From a virus (taxonomy: Duplodnaviria > Caudoviricetes), in the IMG/VR virus record IMGVR_UViG_3300048886_000261, positions 1 through 39,536 of that record: a stretch of DNA of 39,536 nt. One strand, written 5' to 3'. Positions 28,120 to 37,443 of the stretch are shown piece by piece. Each line of letters starts with the position of its first letter. The stretch's first letter is position 1. The translations under genes and the position numbers were made by a program. A model generated the notes under the pieces. The model was not told where the DNA came from. It worked only from the letters and a program-made list of their open reading frames with translations, and made no database searches.

Positions 28120-29449
28120 GATCAGCCTCCGTTATAGTTTGTGTTTCTTTACTGTAATTAATATGTATTGTTCTTGGTGATACACCGTTCCTATTCTTAG
28201 CAAGCTTAATATAATATTGTTCAAACTCTGGTGGCCCTGATGGGTCAGAATTCTTAATCATCTCGTAATGCAGTATCATAAATATGTCTGCGTCTTGTGC
28301 TAACTGCCAACACTCACCAACGTTAACCAAGTCTGGATCTTTATCACCATCCCTGTTAAGTTGTGCGACAACGATTGCTTTGATACCAAGCTTGGTACAT
28401 GCATTCTTGATAGCTTGGTTATACCTACCAAGAGAGATACGCCTGTTGTTCTCCTTGTATGACAGCTTATCTGATTCTATGTGACCGATGTAATCTATGA
28501 TCACTACCTGTATGCCATACTTGTTTTGATATTTATTAATTAAACTAATTACTTTACTTATGTTCTTAGGCTTATTGTTAGTCATGTACAAGGAAGACTG
28601 CTCAAGCTTCTTAGCTATACTTGCTACGTTAGCAAAGTTTTCTTCATCCTTATACTTACCAATCTCTATCTCATCTACCGTGACACCAGACAAGTTAGCT
28701 AAGACACGGCATAACATCTGATCAATGTTCATCTCAAGATTAACATACAACACAGGTACTTTCTTTAACGCTAAGTTAAGAGCTATGTTTAATGAAAGAC
28801 CTGTCTTACCAACACCAGTAGAAGCAGCTATAACATTCAGATCCTTTAATGATTTGATATGTTCATCTAGTGTATGGATGCCAGTCTTTAATCCTGTATG
28901 TGAATCTGGATCTTCAAACCTATTCTTAGCATCAATAAACCCACGCTCTGCCATATCCTTTGGTGTGTATACATCCTTCTTATCTGTCTTGTTATCAGAT
29001 TGGTTGATCATATTGAACACAGATCCGTAAGCTTCTTCAAGTAATGACGATGGGTCTTCTGACATTTCGTAAGCTTTCTTAACATACCCACCCATCTCTT
29101 GAATAAACTTTCTCTGTAATGATAACGTGCGTACCCTGTTACAATGATGAGACAACGCTTCTGATGTTGGGACAAAATCTTCTACGAGTGATATGAAATC
29201 TATTCCACCCATATCATCTAGTATATTTTTATTCTTAAGATGATCCGATAGTGTCAACATATCTATGCGTTTATCTTTCTTAAGCAGATGCGTCATCGTT
29301 TCAAATAATATACGACATTGCCTACTCATGAAATCATTTGATTCAACATTAGACATTGCATCATGTATCTTATCGTTGTCTCTCATGATAGCAGACAAGA
29401 TACCCATCTCTGAATCCTTACAACTAGGAGCTACCTTTAGTTCACTCAT
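28034..29449 (-). CDS. dnaB: DnaB-like replicative helicase
   Basis: DnaB N-domain (SEMGILSAIM), TGIHTLD, ASTGVGKT Walker A, NLEM, IIDYI, AQLNR, QDAD, AKNRNG. Confidence 0.95.
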   Translation of the reverse strand: MSELKVAPSCKDSEMGILSAIMRDNDKIHDAMSNVESNDFMSRQCRILFETMTHLLKKDKRIDMLTLSDHLKNKNILDDMGGIDFISLVEDFVPTSEALSHHCNRVRTLSLQRKFIQEMGGYVKKAYEMSEDPSSLLEEAYGSVFNMINQSDNKTDKKDVYTPKDMAERGFIDAKNRFEDPDSHTGLKTGIHTLDEHIKSLKDLNVIAASTGVGKTGLSLNIALNLALKKVPVLYVNLEMNIDQMLCRVLANLSGVTVDEIEIGKYKDEENFANVASIAKKLEQSSLYMTNNKPKNISKVISLINKYQNKYGIQVVIIDYIGHIESDKLSYKENNRRISLGRYNQAIKNACTKLGIKAIVVAQLNRDGDKDPDLVNVGECWQLAQDADIFMILHYEMIKNSDPSGPPEFEQYYIKLAKNRNGVSPRTIHINYSKETQTITEADHGLRKGSIEGSGFKRPQTFTSSSSLFDG

Positions 29450-29801
29450 CGAATAACTCCTTTCTGTATTGTTCTCTTAATAATTTTTCTCTTTCTTCCT
29501 GAGCCTTCTGTATCTCTGAGTATGAAAGCTCAACAGTTTTCTCCTTCTGATGAGTGTCACGTAGACATCCAATGGAAGGATAGAACTTCATGTAATAACC
29601 TAATGACTTCTTGCCTTGCAACCATTCTTCCTTACTACTCAGCATGAATTGGAAGTCTGCTATGATCTCATCAAATCCACCTCGTTGCTTGGCTATAGTA
29701 GTAAGGATAGGATAATCCTTTCCACCGTATGGCATCTTGCCACCACCAAAATGATCTTGGTACATGGATGCCATTACTTCTAATGCATCCTTAGCTGTCA
29801 T
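29442..29801 (-). CDS. Hypothetical protein, possible replication initiator / helicase loader
   Basis: Directly upstream of and overlapping dnaB; AGGAGG RBS. Confidence 0.5.
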   Translation of the reverse strand: MTAKDALEVMASMYQDHFGGGKMPYGGKDYPILTTIAKQRGGFDEIIADFQFMLSSKEEWLQGKKSLGYYMKFYPSIGCLRDTHQKEKTVELSYSEIQKAQEEREKLLREQYRKELFDE

Positions 29802-30754
29802 GCTTCCTCCTTTCTTGTTAGTCTTTGTACGTATTTATGCATGACCACACGCTTGCGTGGACTCATCTTGTTATACTGCTCAGTTATCTCAGGCAACTTA
29901 TGATTGGCTAACCTTTGAACCCATTCATAAGGAACATCAGCATCTATCATACGAGTAATAAATGTACGCTTAAACGAATGCACATCCGTATTCATAATAT
30001 CTGGATACTTCTTGGAAGCAGACAGACGTGCAGACTTATACTCAGTACAATTCATTTGACTGATAGGCTTTCCTTTTACTGTAAACACATAAGAAGAATC
30101 AGTCTTATGTCTATATACTTGAGCAAGAGCTATATCATTCAACACAACATAAGCATCTTCCTTCATGTATCTACTAGACTTCATAAATGTTTTTGGAACT
30201 CTGAAATAAGTTATCTTCTTATCACTATACGTATCTGTGTGTAGCCATGACCATCTAAGGTTACACACAATGGACTCACGTTGACCAGTATGAATACTAA
30301 ACGTAACCATGTTTTGAAGTAACGGTGATAAGTTCTTCAACAACTCTGCTTCCCATTCAGGTTCAAGATGTAACCTGATACGACTAGGCTTAAAGTTCCA
30401 CCTAGTAATTTCACTCTCATCTAACAACCTTATATTCTCCCACGATCTTCTTGATAGTAAAGCATACTCCTTAATTGCTTTCTTACCAATAGTATTTATA
30501 AGAGATAACTCCTTGTTAACCGTGTTAGCTGTGACACCATCCTTTGCACGTTTAAGAACATACTTGTTTAATGCATAGATAGGCACATAAAGGTTAAGTT
30601 CTTTAGGTCTGATCAACTCACTCATATATATACCACCAATAAAAGGAATAAGTTTATCTACATACTCATGATCCTTGTTAGCAGTTTTCTTTGTTATCAT
30701 CTTAAGGTGAGCTTTAGATATCTCACCGAAGGTAGCATCTTTTATTTCTTGCAT
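29798..30754 (-). CDS. Tyrosine recombinase / integrase
   Basis: TANTVNKEL, HTGQRES (Arg), HSFKRTF, LANH, TEQY (Tyr). Confidence 0.9.
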   Translation of the reverse strand: MQEIKDATFGEISKAHLKMITKKTANKDHEYVDKLIPFIGGIYMSELIRPKELNLYVPIYALNKYVLKRAKDGVTANTVNKELSLINTIGKKAIKEYALLSRRSWENIRLLDESEITRWNFKPSRIRLHLEPEWEAELLKNLSPLLQNMVTFSIHTGQRESIVCNLRWSWLHTDTYSDKKITYFRVPKTFMKSSRYMKEDAYVVLNDIALAQVYRHKTDSSYVFTVKGKPISQMNCTEYKSARLSASKKYPDIMNTDVHSFKRTFITRMIDADVPYEWVQRLANHKLPEITEQYNKMSPRKRVVMHKYVQRLTRKEEA

Positions 30755-31164
30755 TCCAGTTCCCTCCTCTTTCTATCCCACATTCCAGAATATTCTTGCC
30801 TCCTCCTAGCACCTGCTAGAGAAGTCCTTCTATTGTTTTCTTCACTACATTCTTTACTACATGTGATTTGTCTACTTTGTGTTACCTCTAACTTTGTTTT
30901 ACATATACGACATGTTATTTTCCTAGCACCTTTTTTTTTCTTATATGACCTAGCATGTTCGTTCCTACATTTTCTACTACCACATGTAATCTTAGATGTT
31001 CTTGTTTGCTCAACAGTAATGCCACAATACTTACATATAAAATGTCCTTTAACAGAAGCTTTAGGTGCTTCACTACTGCCATATATTTTCTGGAAATCTT
31101 TATGACCATTAACTACTTCCTTAAGATTCCCATGCTTATCGAATACCTTGATGTCATAAATCAT
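30742..31164 (-). CDS. Zinc-binding protein with two CxxC...ITC-x3-4-C repeats
   Basis: AAGGAGG RBS before ATG 31164; CKYC...KITCGSRKC and CRIC...QITCSKEC. Confidence 0.75.
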   Translation of the reverse strand: MIYDIKVFDKHGNLKEVVNGHKDFQKIYGSSEAPKASVKGHFICKYCGITVEQTRTSKITCGSRKCRNEHARSYKKKKGARKITCRICKTKLEVTQSRQITCSKECSEENNRRTSLAGARRRQEYSGMWDRKRRELECKK

Positions 31165-31176
31165 TTGTACCTCCTT

Positions 31177-31404
31177 AAAAAAAGATAGGCAAGAACGTGG
31201 CATCAGCACACCAACGGCTGATGAAAATTTCCCACGTCCTTGCCTTAATACATCTTCTTGAGAGCTTGCCTACCTTGACTGAGTTTTTATGAATACGTCC
31301 AACAGTCGGGGCATCAGTGTTGACTTACGTTTCGTTGTAAGCAGGTAAGCCGTGTTATCCCTGTCCACTCTCACACGAGACACAGGTTAAGGTAGCCCCT
31401 GTGT
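31177..31404 (-). ncRNA. Candidate structured RNA / attenuator-like element
   Basis: Several nested stems whose mismatches are G-U pairs on the - strand; 14-bp closing stem followed by a U-tract. Confidence 0.55.
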
Positions 31405-31408
31405 TTTT

Positions 31409-32038
31409 CTAGATAGGGATATCCTCGTCATCCATACCAGCCATAACAGGTACACCATCAATAGCTCCAAGCCCACTACCGCCAGACTTGAACTCAACCA
31501 AGTCAGAGAATTGGAGGGCTAACAGATCGAGTTCAAACTTGAGTACCTTCTCCTTAGTCTGTGGATTCTTCGTTGGAGCAGGAAGATAACTCGACACCTT
31601 AACTCTAGCAGTAGAACCAGTAGCAGGCAGTCTTCCATCAATAAAGTAATCCCTTAAGTTGGTAGTACCCAAACAGTCTGACAGATGTGGTGCTTGGAAC
31701 TGTTGTACCTGTTTGTCTTTCATGAATGCAGCTTTCCTACGTGGCTTGATGACATACATCCCCTCATCATTAAGCTTGTAAGGTGGGCGTTCCTTATCAA
31801 ACTTACCTGCGTATTGTTTCTTATGCTCACCCCATAGGTTATCAAGTGTCTTCTTAAAATCTGAATCATCAAACGTGTCTGCATCAAATACAATGTTAAC
31901 ATTATAGAAAGCATTCAAGTCATCACGTTCTGCCCTGACACTACGTCCTTTGTCGTTGTCCCACTTGCATGGTTCAACTACCCAAGGATGTTTTACCTCA
32001 CCTATTGGTGTAACAAATGCTTGTTTCTTTTCAGCCAT
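31409..32038 (-). CDS. ssb: Single-stranded DNA-binding protein, T7 gp2.5-like
   Basis: VTPIGEVKHPW, GSTARV, ALQFSDLVEF, acidic tail DDEDIPI. Confidence 0.8.
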   Translation of the reverse strand: MAEKKQAFVTPIGEVKHPWVVEPCKWDNDKGRSVRAERDDLNAFYNVNIVFDADTFDDSDFKKTLDNLWGEHKKQYAGKFDKERPPYKLNDEGMYVIKPRRKAAFMKDKQVQQFQAPHLSDCLGTTNLRDYFIDGRLPATGSTARVKVSSYLPAPTKNPQTKEKVLKFELDLLALQFSDLVEFKSGGSGLGAIDGVPVMAGMDDEDIPI

Positions 32039-32048
32039 TGTGTTTCTC

Positions 32049-32912
32049 CTATTTAATTGTTAAACGTCTGACACCTTTGGTGTCGTTCTTAAAAGTGGCG
32101 ATCTCTTCGCCTTGTGGATTCAATAAACTTTCACTTACTTCCATGTGCCTTATGATCTGATTGCTGAACTCTGTCTGGTCAGACTTCATCTCTCTTATAG
32201 CAGTCTTGATACCACCATATGCAGTAACAGCTTCAAGTATACCATCATTAGCTACAGCATGAACACCAGTTTCAGCCATCGGGTAACGCTCACGCAACAT
32301 TTCTCTTGTGCCTTCGCCCTTACCTATGGGTGGCTCAGTATCCTTAACAACATATGTCCAGAATTCATACGCCTTATCCCTGTACTCATCCAGTTCCTTA
32401 TCACTAAACTTAAAACTATGGATACGAAAACTTGGACTGTTGACCATATGGATTACAGCAAGGTCAACTTCATTGTATCCAAACACAGCACAGTAATGTT
32501 TGATCTGACTAACATAGTAAGGTGGAATCTCACAGCTACCATCCTTGCCCCACTTGTTCATGGTAAAAGATATCTTACATTCAAGTATCTTATTCTGACC
32601 CACAATCTTACGATCAATGTGTCCACCCATGAATGGCTTACCATTATATGTATGTTTCTTATCCCATACTGTACGGTTATTGAATCGTACCTTGTTACCT
32701 GTACGTCTACAATATTCCGTAGCGACATTTGGTTCCATGTAATGACCCATCCTTAGTATCAACAAGTCTGGTACTACATCGGAATGCCTGTGTGTCTTAA
32801 CATTCCACAACCAGTTAAGATCACACTTGTAATGACATCCCTCTAAGATGGAAGCTTCACTCCCAAATATACCAAGCTTTCTTTCTTCCAACTGTTTCTC
32901 TGATAGACTCAT
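32049..32912 (-). CDS. YqaJ / lambda-exonuclease family nuclease
   Basis: RKLGIFGSEA, GHYMEP, GHIDR, ILECK, IPPYYVSQIKHY. Confidence 0.9.
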   Translation of the reverse strand: MSLSEKQLEERKLGIFGSEASILEGCHYKCDLNWLWNVKTHRHSDVVPDLLILRMGHYMEPNVATEYCRRTGNKVRFNNRTVWDKKHTYNGKPFMGGHIDRKIVGQNKILECKISFTMNKWGKDGSCEIPPYYVSQIKHYCAVFGYNEVDLAVIHMVNSPSFRIHSFKFSDKELDEYRDKAYEFWTYVVKDTEPPIGKGEGTREMLRERYPMAETGVHAVANDGILEAVTAYGGIKTAIREMKSDQTEFSNQIIRHMEVSESLLNPQGEEIATFKNDTKGVRRLTIK

Positions 32913-32944
32913 ATAAGCCCTCCTATATTTATATTACCATACTT

Positions 32945-32975
32945 AAACGAAAGAGCCACCTTTACGGGTGGCTCT
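32945..32975 (-). terminator. Intrinsic terminator
   Basis: 9-bp stem AGAGCCACC/GGTGGCTCT followed by TTCGTTT, just after a stop codon. Confidence 0.7.
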
Positions 32976-32979
32976 ATCA

Positions 32980-33186
32980 TCAATTTAATCCAAAGTTATT
33001 CTTGGGATCATCCTTGTTTATATCAATAGCACCCTCCATTGCTACCCTTTCTACCCATTCTGGAGGGAACTCCTTGAGACGTTCATATAATGCATCCCAT
33101 CTCTCTGGATTATCTTCTACTGTTTCATAGACATTCATACTAGCCAATGCCTTGTTGATGTAACGATCAAATTCTTCACGATCCAT
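32980..33186 (-). CDS. Hypothetical protein
   Basis: 68 aa, AAGGAGG RBS. Confidence 0.75.
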   Translation of the reverse strand: MDREEFDRYINKALASMNVYETVEDNPERWDALYERLKEFPPEWVERVAMEGAIDINKDDPKNNFGLN

Positions 33187-33195
33187 ATGTCCTCC

Positions 33196-34320
33196 TTATG
33201 CTGCTACTGCAATTGTTTGCCAGTCATTCTTAGGCAATTCTATTACATCTGCTCCTGTTTGCTCAAGCTCACTAGCACGATCATAATCAACAACATCCTG
33301 ACTGTATCGTGTAACTGCTGAGTGTAACCCATAAGCAGATAAGTTACCACCCTTTATAAGATGAGTCAGAATTCCTGATCGTTCTTCTACATTAACCTTG
33401 AACTTATCAGCGAAACAATCCATTGCCTTCTCAACACTACCAGTAATCTCACGCTCACGTGAAGCCTTTAACTTCTCAACAATAATATCAAACACCTTGC
33501 CACCTAATGATGCATCCACTAGGTCAGCCATCTTAGACCATACAGCCGCATCACTCAGTCGATTAGACTTCTCTGAGTAGATGCCGTAATGATCATACTC
33601 TTCACTACCACTAGTGTCACGACCAACATGGTATTTGCGTATTGCGTTAGACTTAAACGTAGCTAAGTTGGTACACTCCTGTGTCCATACACCGGGTATG
33701 CAGAATACAGATGACAATCCAACCTCACTATTACCTAACGTGATAGCAGGTTTGACAACATCAATAGCATGATGACCCTGACCCCAATTGTAAGCAGTAA
33801 CTTTAGGATCACGTGGCATTTCAAACGCTACGTTATTATCAACAGCCTTGATGTACATCTTACTCTCAGTTACATCACATGACTCAATAGTAATGTTCTC
33901 CTTATTAATATGAGGCAAGACAGCATCCAACATATCAAAGTTATCCAATGGGCGATACCTGTTAGACAAGAACGCACGCACGTAACGTTGGTTGTTGGTG
34001 TCTTCAATAGTCCTCACCATCTGATCATTCGGTTCATTCTTGAACCAATGGTTGACGTTGGTTGCGAATAGATCAGGAGAATCCTTCACCATGCGATCAA
34101 CATACTTAGCAGGGATACCAGTACGATCACCTACCTGACGCAATGCAATCTTACTTAATGGGAAACGATCTGTATGTCCATCACGTCCCTTCAATGTAAG
34201 ACATACCACACCGTTAGCATCAGCATCCAACGCTCTCGTGTTGGCTGTGTAATCTACCTTTGAATCAGACTGTCGCTTTACTTCTCGTACCAAATCGTTA
34301 ATTGATTTTCCTTGTTTCAT
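33196..34320 (-). CDS. DUF932 family protein
   Basis: GIPAKYVDR, MVRT, RAFLSNRYRPLDN, NSEVG, CTN, HVG, YDRASELE; AGGAG RBS before 34320. Confidence 0.8.
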   Translation of the reverse strand: MKQGKSINDLVREVKRQSDSKVDYTANTRALDADANGVVCLTLKGRDGHTDRFPLSKIALRQVGDRTGIPAKYVDRMVKDSPDLFATNVNHWFKNEPNDQMVRTIEDTNNQRYVRAFLSNRYRPLDNFDMLDAVLPHINKENITIESCDVTESKMYIKAVDNNVAFEMPRDPKVTAYNWGQGHHAIDVVKPAITLGNSEVGLSSVFCIPGVWTQECTNLATFKSNAIRKYHVGRDTSGSEEYDHYGIYSEKSNRLSDAAVWSKMADLVDASLGGKVFDIIVEKLKASREREITGSVEKAMDCFADKFKVNVEERSGILTHLIKGGNLSAYGLHSAVTRYSQDVVDYDRASELEQTGADVIELPKNDWQTIAVAA

Positions 34321-34342
34321 TTTATATCTCCTATTCATTTAG

Positions 34343-34426
34343 TTAGATAATATTTAACCATTCAAGTACAGCACCTACAAGTATTACTACTAATGCCCAT
34401 ACACATACGATAAATATCTCTACCAT
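34343..34426 (-). CDS. 27-aa membrane peptide
   Basis: MVEIFIVCVWALVVILVGAVLEWLNII; TAATG coupling; fills the intergenic gap. Confidence 0.55.
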   Translation of the reverse strand: MVEIFIVCVWALVVILVGAVLEWLNII

Positions 34427-34704
34427 TAATCACCATCCTTTCCTATAGTATTTATATTAGAGTCTGTTTCTATCCATACTTCTGCACCGCAACCCATAGG
34501 GTCACCATACATTAGACGTGATGAGCCAAGGATCTCAAGCCCATTACACCTTGTTGCTATAGCACCACGTCCATACCGTACAGTTACAACAGGCAACAGT
34601 TCCTTCTTCAACATGCTAAGAGATGTACGCCACTTTCTATTAGCCCTGATGTTATGACTGTTCACATGTATGACTAGCGGTGCTTTCTTAGGTTTGATTA
34701 CCAT
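34426..34704 (-). CDS. Hypothetical phage protein
   Basis: IHVN..NIRAN...CGAEVWIET pattern; AAGGAG RBS. Confidence 0.75.
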   Translation of the reverse strand: MVIKPKKAPLVIHVNSHNIRANRKWRTSLSMLKKELLPVVTVRYGRGAIATRCNGLEILGSSRLMYGDPMGCGAEVWIETDSNINTIGKDGD

Positions 34705-34715
34705 AGTATCTCCTT

Positions 34716-34970
34716 TTATAGCTTATGAACCCCTGTCATTGGATTACAGTTATCATTATAATCATCCCTTCTGTCACGCCCTTCATCTCTCCTTTCCTCT
34801 TCACCATCCCATTCATCTTCACGTATCTCATCGCTGAATGTGTTGCCAAAGATTTCACACACAACCATAGCAAACTTCTCTTGCTCTTCTATATGCTTGA
34901 TAGGTAACTCACATATCTGATCCTTGAAATGTAACGCTCTCTGATATACTACCTCTGACTTAGTCGGCAT
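34716..34970 (-). CDS. Hypothetical protein
   Basis: GGAGG RBS; operon context. Confidence 0.7.
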   Translation of the reverse strand: MPTKSEVVYQRALHFKDQICELPIKHIEEQEKFAMVVCEIFGNTFSDEIREDEWDGEEERRDEGRDRRDDYNDNCNPMTGVHKL

Positions 34971-35190
34971 ACTCTACCTCCACCTTAAGTGTTTTATATT
35001 TGTCTCTTAATAATCTCATACAATCATCCAATTGTTCTTTGGCAGACTCGCATTCTTGTCCACGCCCTGTCATGCAACCCAAGTCCCATGCTTCACACAA
35101 CAGTTTCTTTAACTCAGCACCACTTATTGATACCTTCTGAGGATCACGCTTGTCTACCACAGTTGACAAATCTAGTCTCTTCTTAGCCAT
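34960..35190 (-). CDS. Hypothetical protein
   Basis: AAGGAG RBS before ATG 35190. Confidence 0.7.
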   Translation of the reverse strand: MAKKRLDLSTVVDKRDPQKVSISGAELKKLLCEAWDLGCMTGRGQECESAKEQLDDCMRLLRDKYKTLKVEVEYAD

Positions 35191-35425
35191 TACCTTTACT
35201 CCTTTCTTTTCGTTTAATAAATTCATTGCCATCCCAGTAGTAACCATCTTTGATAGGCAATGTGTTAAGTGCTGTTGCTATGCCACCTACTGTTACATCT
35301 ACATACACCATAGTCACATCATACATACCACCATGTGTATACTGATCCGCTTCAGACTTAAGGTGAGTAAAGTAACTGTCTTCACCGTCTATGTTTATGC
35401 GATACAGTTTAATTCGTCTGCTCAT
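35183..35425 (-). CDS. Hypothetical protein
   Basis: AGGAGG RBS before ATG 35425. Confidence 0.7.
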   Translation of the reverse strand: MSRRIKLYRINIDGEDSYFTHLKSEADQYTHGGMYDVTMVYVDVTVGGIATALNTLPIKDGYYWDGNEFIKRKERSKGNG

Positions 35426-35585
35426 GTCCCTCCTCTCCATCAAAGATCATCTCAACAGATGAACCTACTATCTCAGCATCAATGACATCATCAGGATATA
35501 TAATTTCTGTATTAATAATGACATCATCTATGTCTGCTCCATCATTAAGATCTAACCTTATAATAAGATATGTTTTCTTAGCCAT
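35409..35585 (-). CDS. Small acidic hypothetical protein
   Basis: GAGG RBS before ATG 35585. Confidence 0.6.
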   Translation of the reverse strand: MAKKTYLIIRLDLNDGADIDDVIINTEIIYPDDVIDAEIVGSSVEMIFDGEEGHEQTN

Positions 35586-35859
35586 TATTATCCTCTCTAT
35601 TATGTTTGTCATATAAATCATTGATACCACTTGACTGTATCTCTACATTAAACTTTGGTATTATTTTCTCTAGTATTCTTACATGTGCATCAGACCTACC
35701 ATCTTCACTGTCACCTACAGTGTCTATCTCCTGTTGTATTTCTATTTGTAGTTGTCTTAATGCATCCCTTATGAATATAGATTCTCCACGTGTTACCACT
35801 ACAACTCTACTACTAACTGGTATATCCCATGATCCAATGTTACCTAACTGTCTAGCCAT
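35578..35859 (-). CDS. Hypothetical protein
   Basis: GGAGG RBS; operon context. Confidence 0.7.
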   Translation of the reverse strand: MARQLGNIGSWDIPVSSRVVVVTRGESIFIRDALRQLQIEIQQEIDTVGDSEDGRSDAHVRILEKIIPKFNVEIQSSGINDLYDKHNREDNNG

Positions 35860-35860
35860 A

Positions 35861-36925
35861 CTAACCTCCGAAGTTTAAGTGTTGTTGTTGAAATCTTTTC
35901 ATACTAATTTCTACATACTCAGGGTTCAACTCTATACCTATTGCTTTTCTACTATGCTTCCTTGCTACTGCACCTGTAGTTCCAGATCCCCAGAAAGGAT
36001 CAAGTACAATGTCACCTTCCTTACTGCCAGCCAGTATGCAGAACTCAGGTAACTCAGGTGGAAAGACTGCGAAGTGTGCCTCCTTATATGGCTTAAGATT
36101 AATATTCCATACTGATCTCTTGTTCCTTGTTACATAATTGTTTCTCTTTAATCCTGTTATCCTGTCACGTCCGGGAGTTTTGTTTAGCTTACCCTTGTCC
36201 CTATCCCTGACCTTTTCATCATACGTAGTAGTAGGTTCTTTCAATGCTTCATGATTAAAGTAATACTTCCTACTCTTAGACAATAAGAAGATGTACTCAT
36301 GTGCCTTAGTGCATCTATCCTTGACTGGCTCAGGCATAGCATTAGGTTTGTTCCATATAATATCCTGTCGCAAGTACCAACCATCAGACCTCAATGCGAA
36401 TGCTAACATCCAAGGAATACCTACCATGTCCTTAGCCTTGATGCCATCTATCTTATTGTTCAATGCTACTGACTGTGCATTCCTACGCTCACCAAACTTT
36501 GGATCTTTGGTATCACCCTTATGTCCAGTACCACAATAGGTATCACCAATGTTAACCCATAGTGTGCCATCATCCTTGAGGACTCTCTTTATTCCACGGA
36601 ATACCTTCACCATGTTATCTATGTATTCTTCTGGAGTTTCCTCAAGACCTAACTGCAAGTCTTTCCTTGTAGCACCACAACGTGGACACTCTGTTTTGTA
36701 TATAGCATCACCACTTGGAAAGACTTGACCTGTCTTAGTATGCTCACTCTTCTTAGTGTCCCTGACATGACTACACTCAGGGTCACCACCTTCCCATTCA
36801 CCAGTACCGTAATCCCTCAACCCCCAGTATGGAGGTGAGGTAACACATGTCTGTACCGATGCATCTTCTACATCCAGTATGCCAGTCATGACATCCTTGT
36901 TTATAATACGTATACCTTCTATCAT
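35861..36925 (-). CDS. Orphan DNA methyltransferase, N4-cytosine/N6-adenine family (beta class)
   Basis: TSPPY catalytic motif precedes the DPFWGSGTT SAM-binding motif; LRQDIIWNKPNAMPE, HFAVFP. Confidence 0.93.
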   Translation of the reverse strand: MIEGIRIINKDVMTGILDVEDASVQTCVTSPPYWGLRDYGTGEWEGGDPECSHVRDTKKSEHTKTGQVFPSGDAIYKTECPRCGATRKDLQLGLEETPEEYIDNMVKVFRGIKRVLKDDGTLWVNIGDTYCGTGHKGDTKDPKFGERRNAQSVALNNKIDGIKAKDMVGIPWMLAFALRSDGWYLRQDIIWNKPNAMPEPVKDRCTKAHEYIFLLSKSRKYYFNHEALKEPTTTYDEKVRDRDKGKLNKTPGRDRITGLKRNNYVTRNKRSVWNINLKPYKEAHFAVFPPELPEFCILAGSKEGDIVLDPFWGSGTTGAVARKHSRKAIGIELNPEYVEISMKRFQQQHLNFGG

Positions 36926-37239
36926 ACCTTCTCCTTTTTATAACCTACCCTAGCTCCTCTCTTGACCTTGGTAGCTAAAGAAGACCATGCTTCCATAGAT
37001 CCTTCTCCGTTAGTTTTAGTAAGTCTTGTTTTGTATATATTCTTAGACTTATTACTGTGCCTCTTCCTCGTGCTATCTATAGGACGTTCCATGAGATCAT
37101 CAGGTGTTATTGTTTCTATTAGATTACCTTCACCATCATACCTCTTAACCTCATGAAACATCTTAGCACCATAGTTACTCAACTTAGATTTGTCACGCCT
37201 ATACTTTGATATTCTTTGTTTCGAGTAAGACTGTCCCAT
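36922..37239 (-). CDS. Basic hypothetical protein
   Basis: AGGAG RBS; contains HEVKRYDGEGNLIETI motif. Confidence 0.7.
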   Translation of the reverse strand: MGQSYSKQRISKYRRDKSKLSNYGAKMFHEVKRYDGEGNLIETITPDDLMERPIDSTRKRHSNKSKNIYKTRLTKTNGEGSMEAWSSLATKVKRGARVGYKKEKV

Positions 37240-37248
37240 TTTATTCTC

Positions 37249-37440
37249 CTACTTAGTTATATATAAGTCATGCTTGTCAGTACATACACTACCCTTGTCA
37301 TTGATCCGCTTCCTTGCATCTTCACATTCTACTTTGTTGTTGTAAGTCAGGTGGTAGTGATGCGTTCTCGTGTCGAACCAAGACGGTTCATATACAAACA
37401 TACCTAACACCAACCCTAACACTACAATGATTACAGTCAT
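37249..37440 (-). CDS. Small membrane-anchored protein with Cys pair
   Basis: AAGGAGG RBS; N-terminal hydrophobic helix. Confidence 0.7.
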   Translation of the reverse strand: MTVIIVVLGLVLGMFVYEPSWFDTRTHHYHLTYNNKVECEDARKRINDKGSVCTDKHDLYITK

Positions 37441-37443
37441 CGC

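Noticed and set aside
31310-31336. Hammerhead ribozyme (GAAAC-GTAA-GTC...CTGATG on the - strand)
   Set aside because: Core reads CUGAUGC rather than CUGAUGA, and only 4 nt separate the elements, so stem I cannot form
31248-31375. SAM-I riboswitch (GAGAGTGG..AGGGA resemblance)
   Set aside because: Lacks the AUC, GCAACC and GUGC..AA conserved elements; wrong gene context
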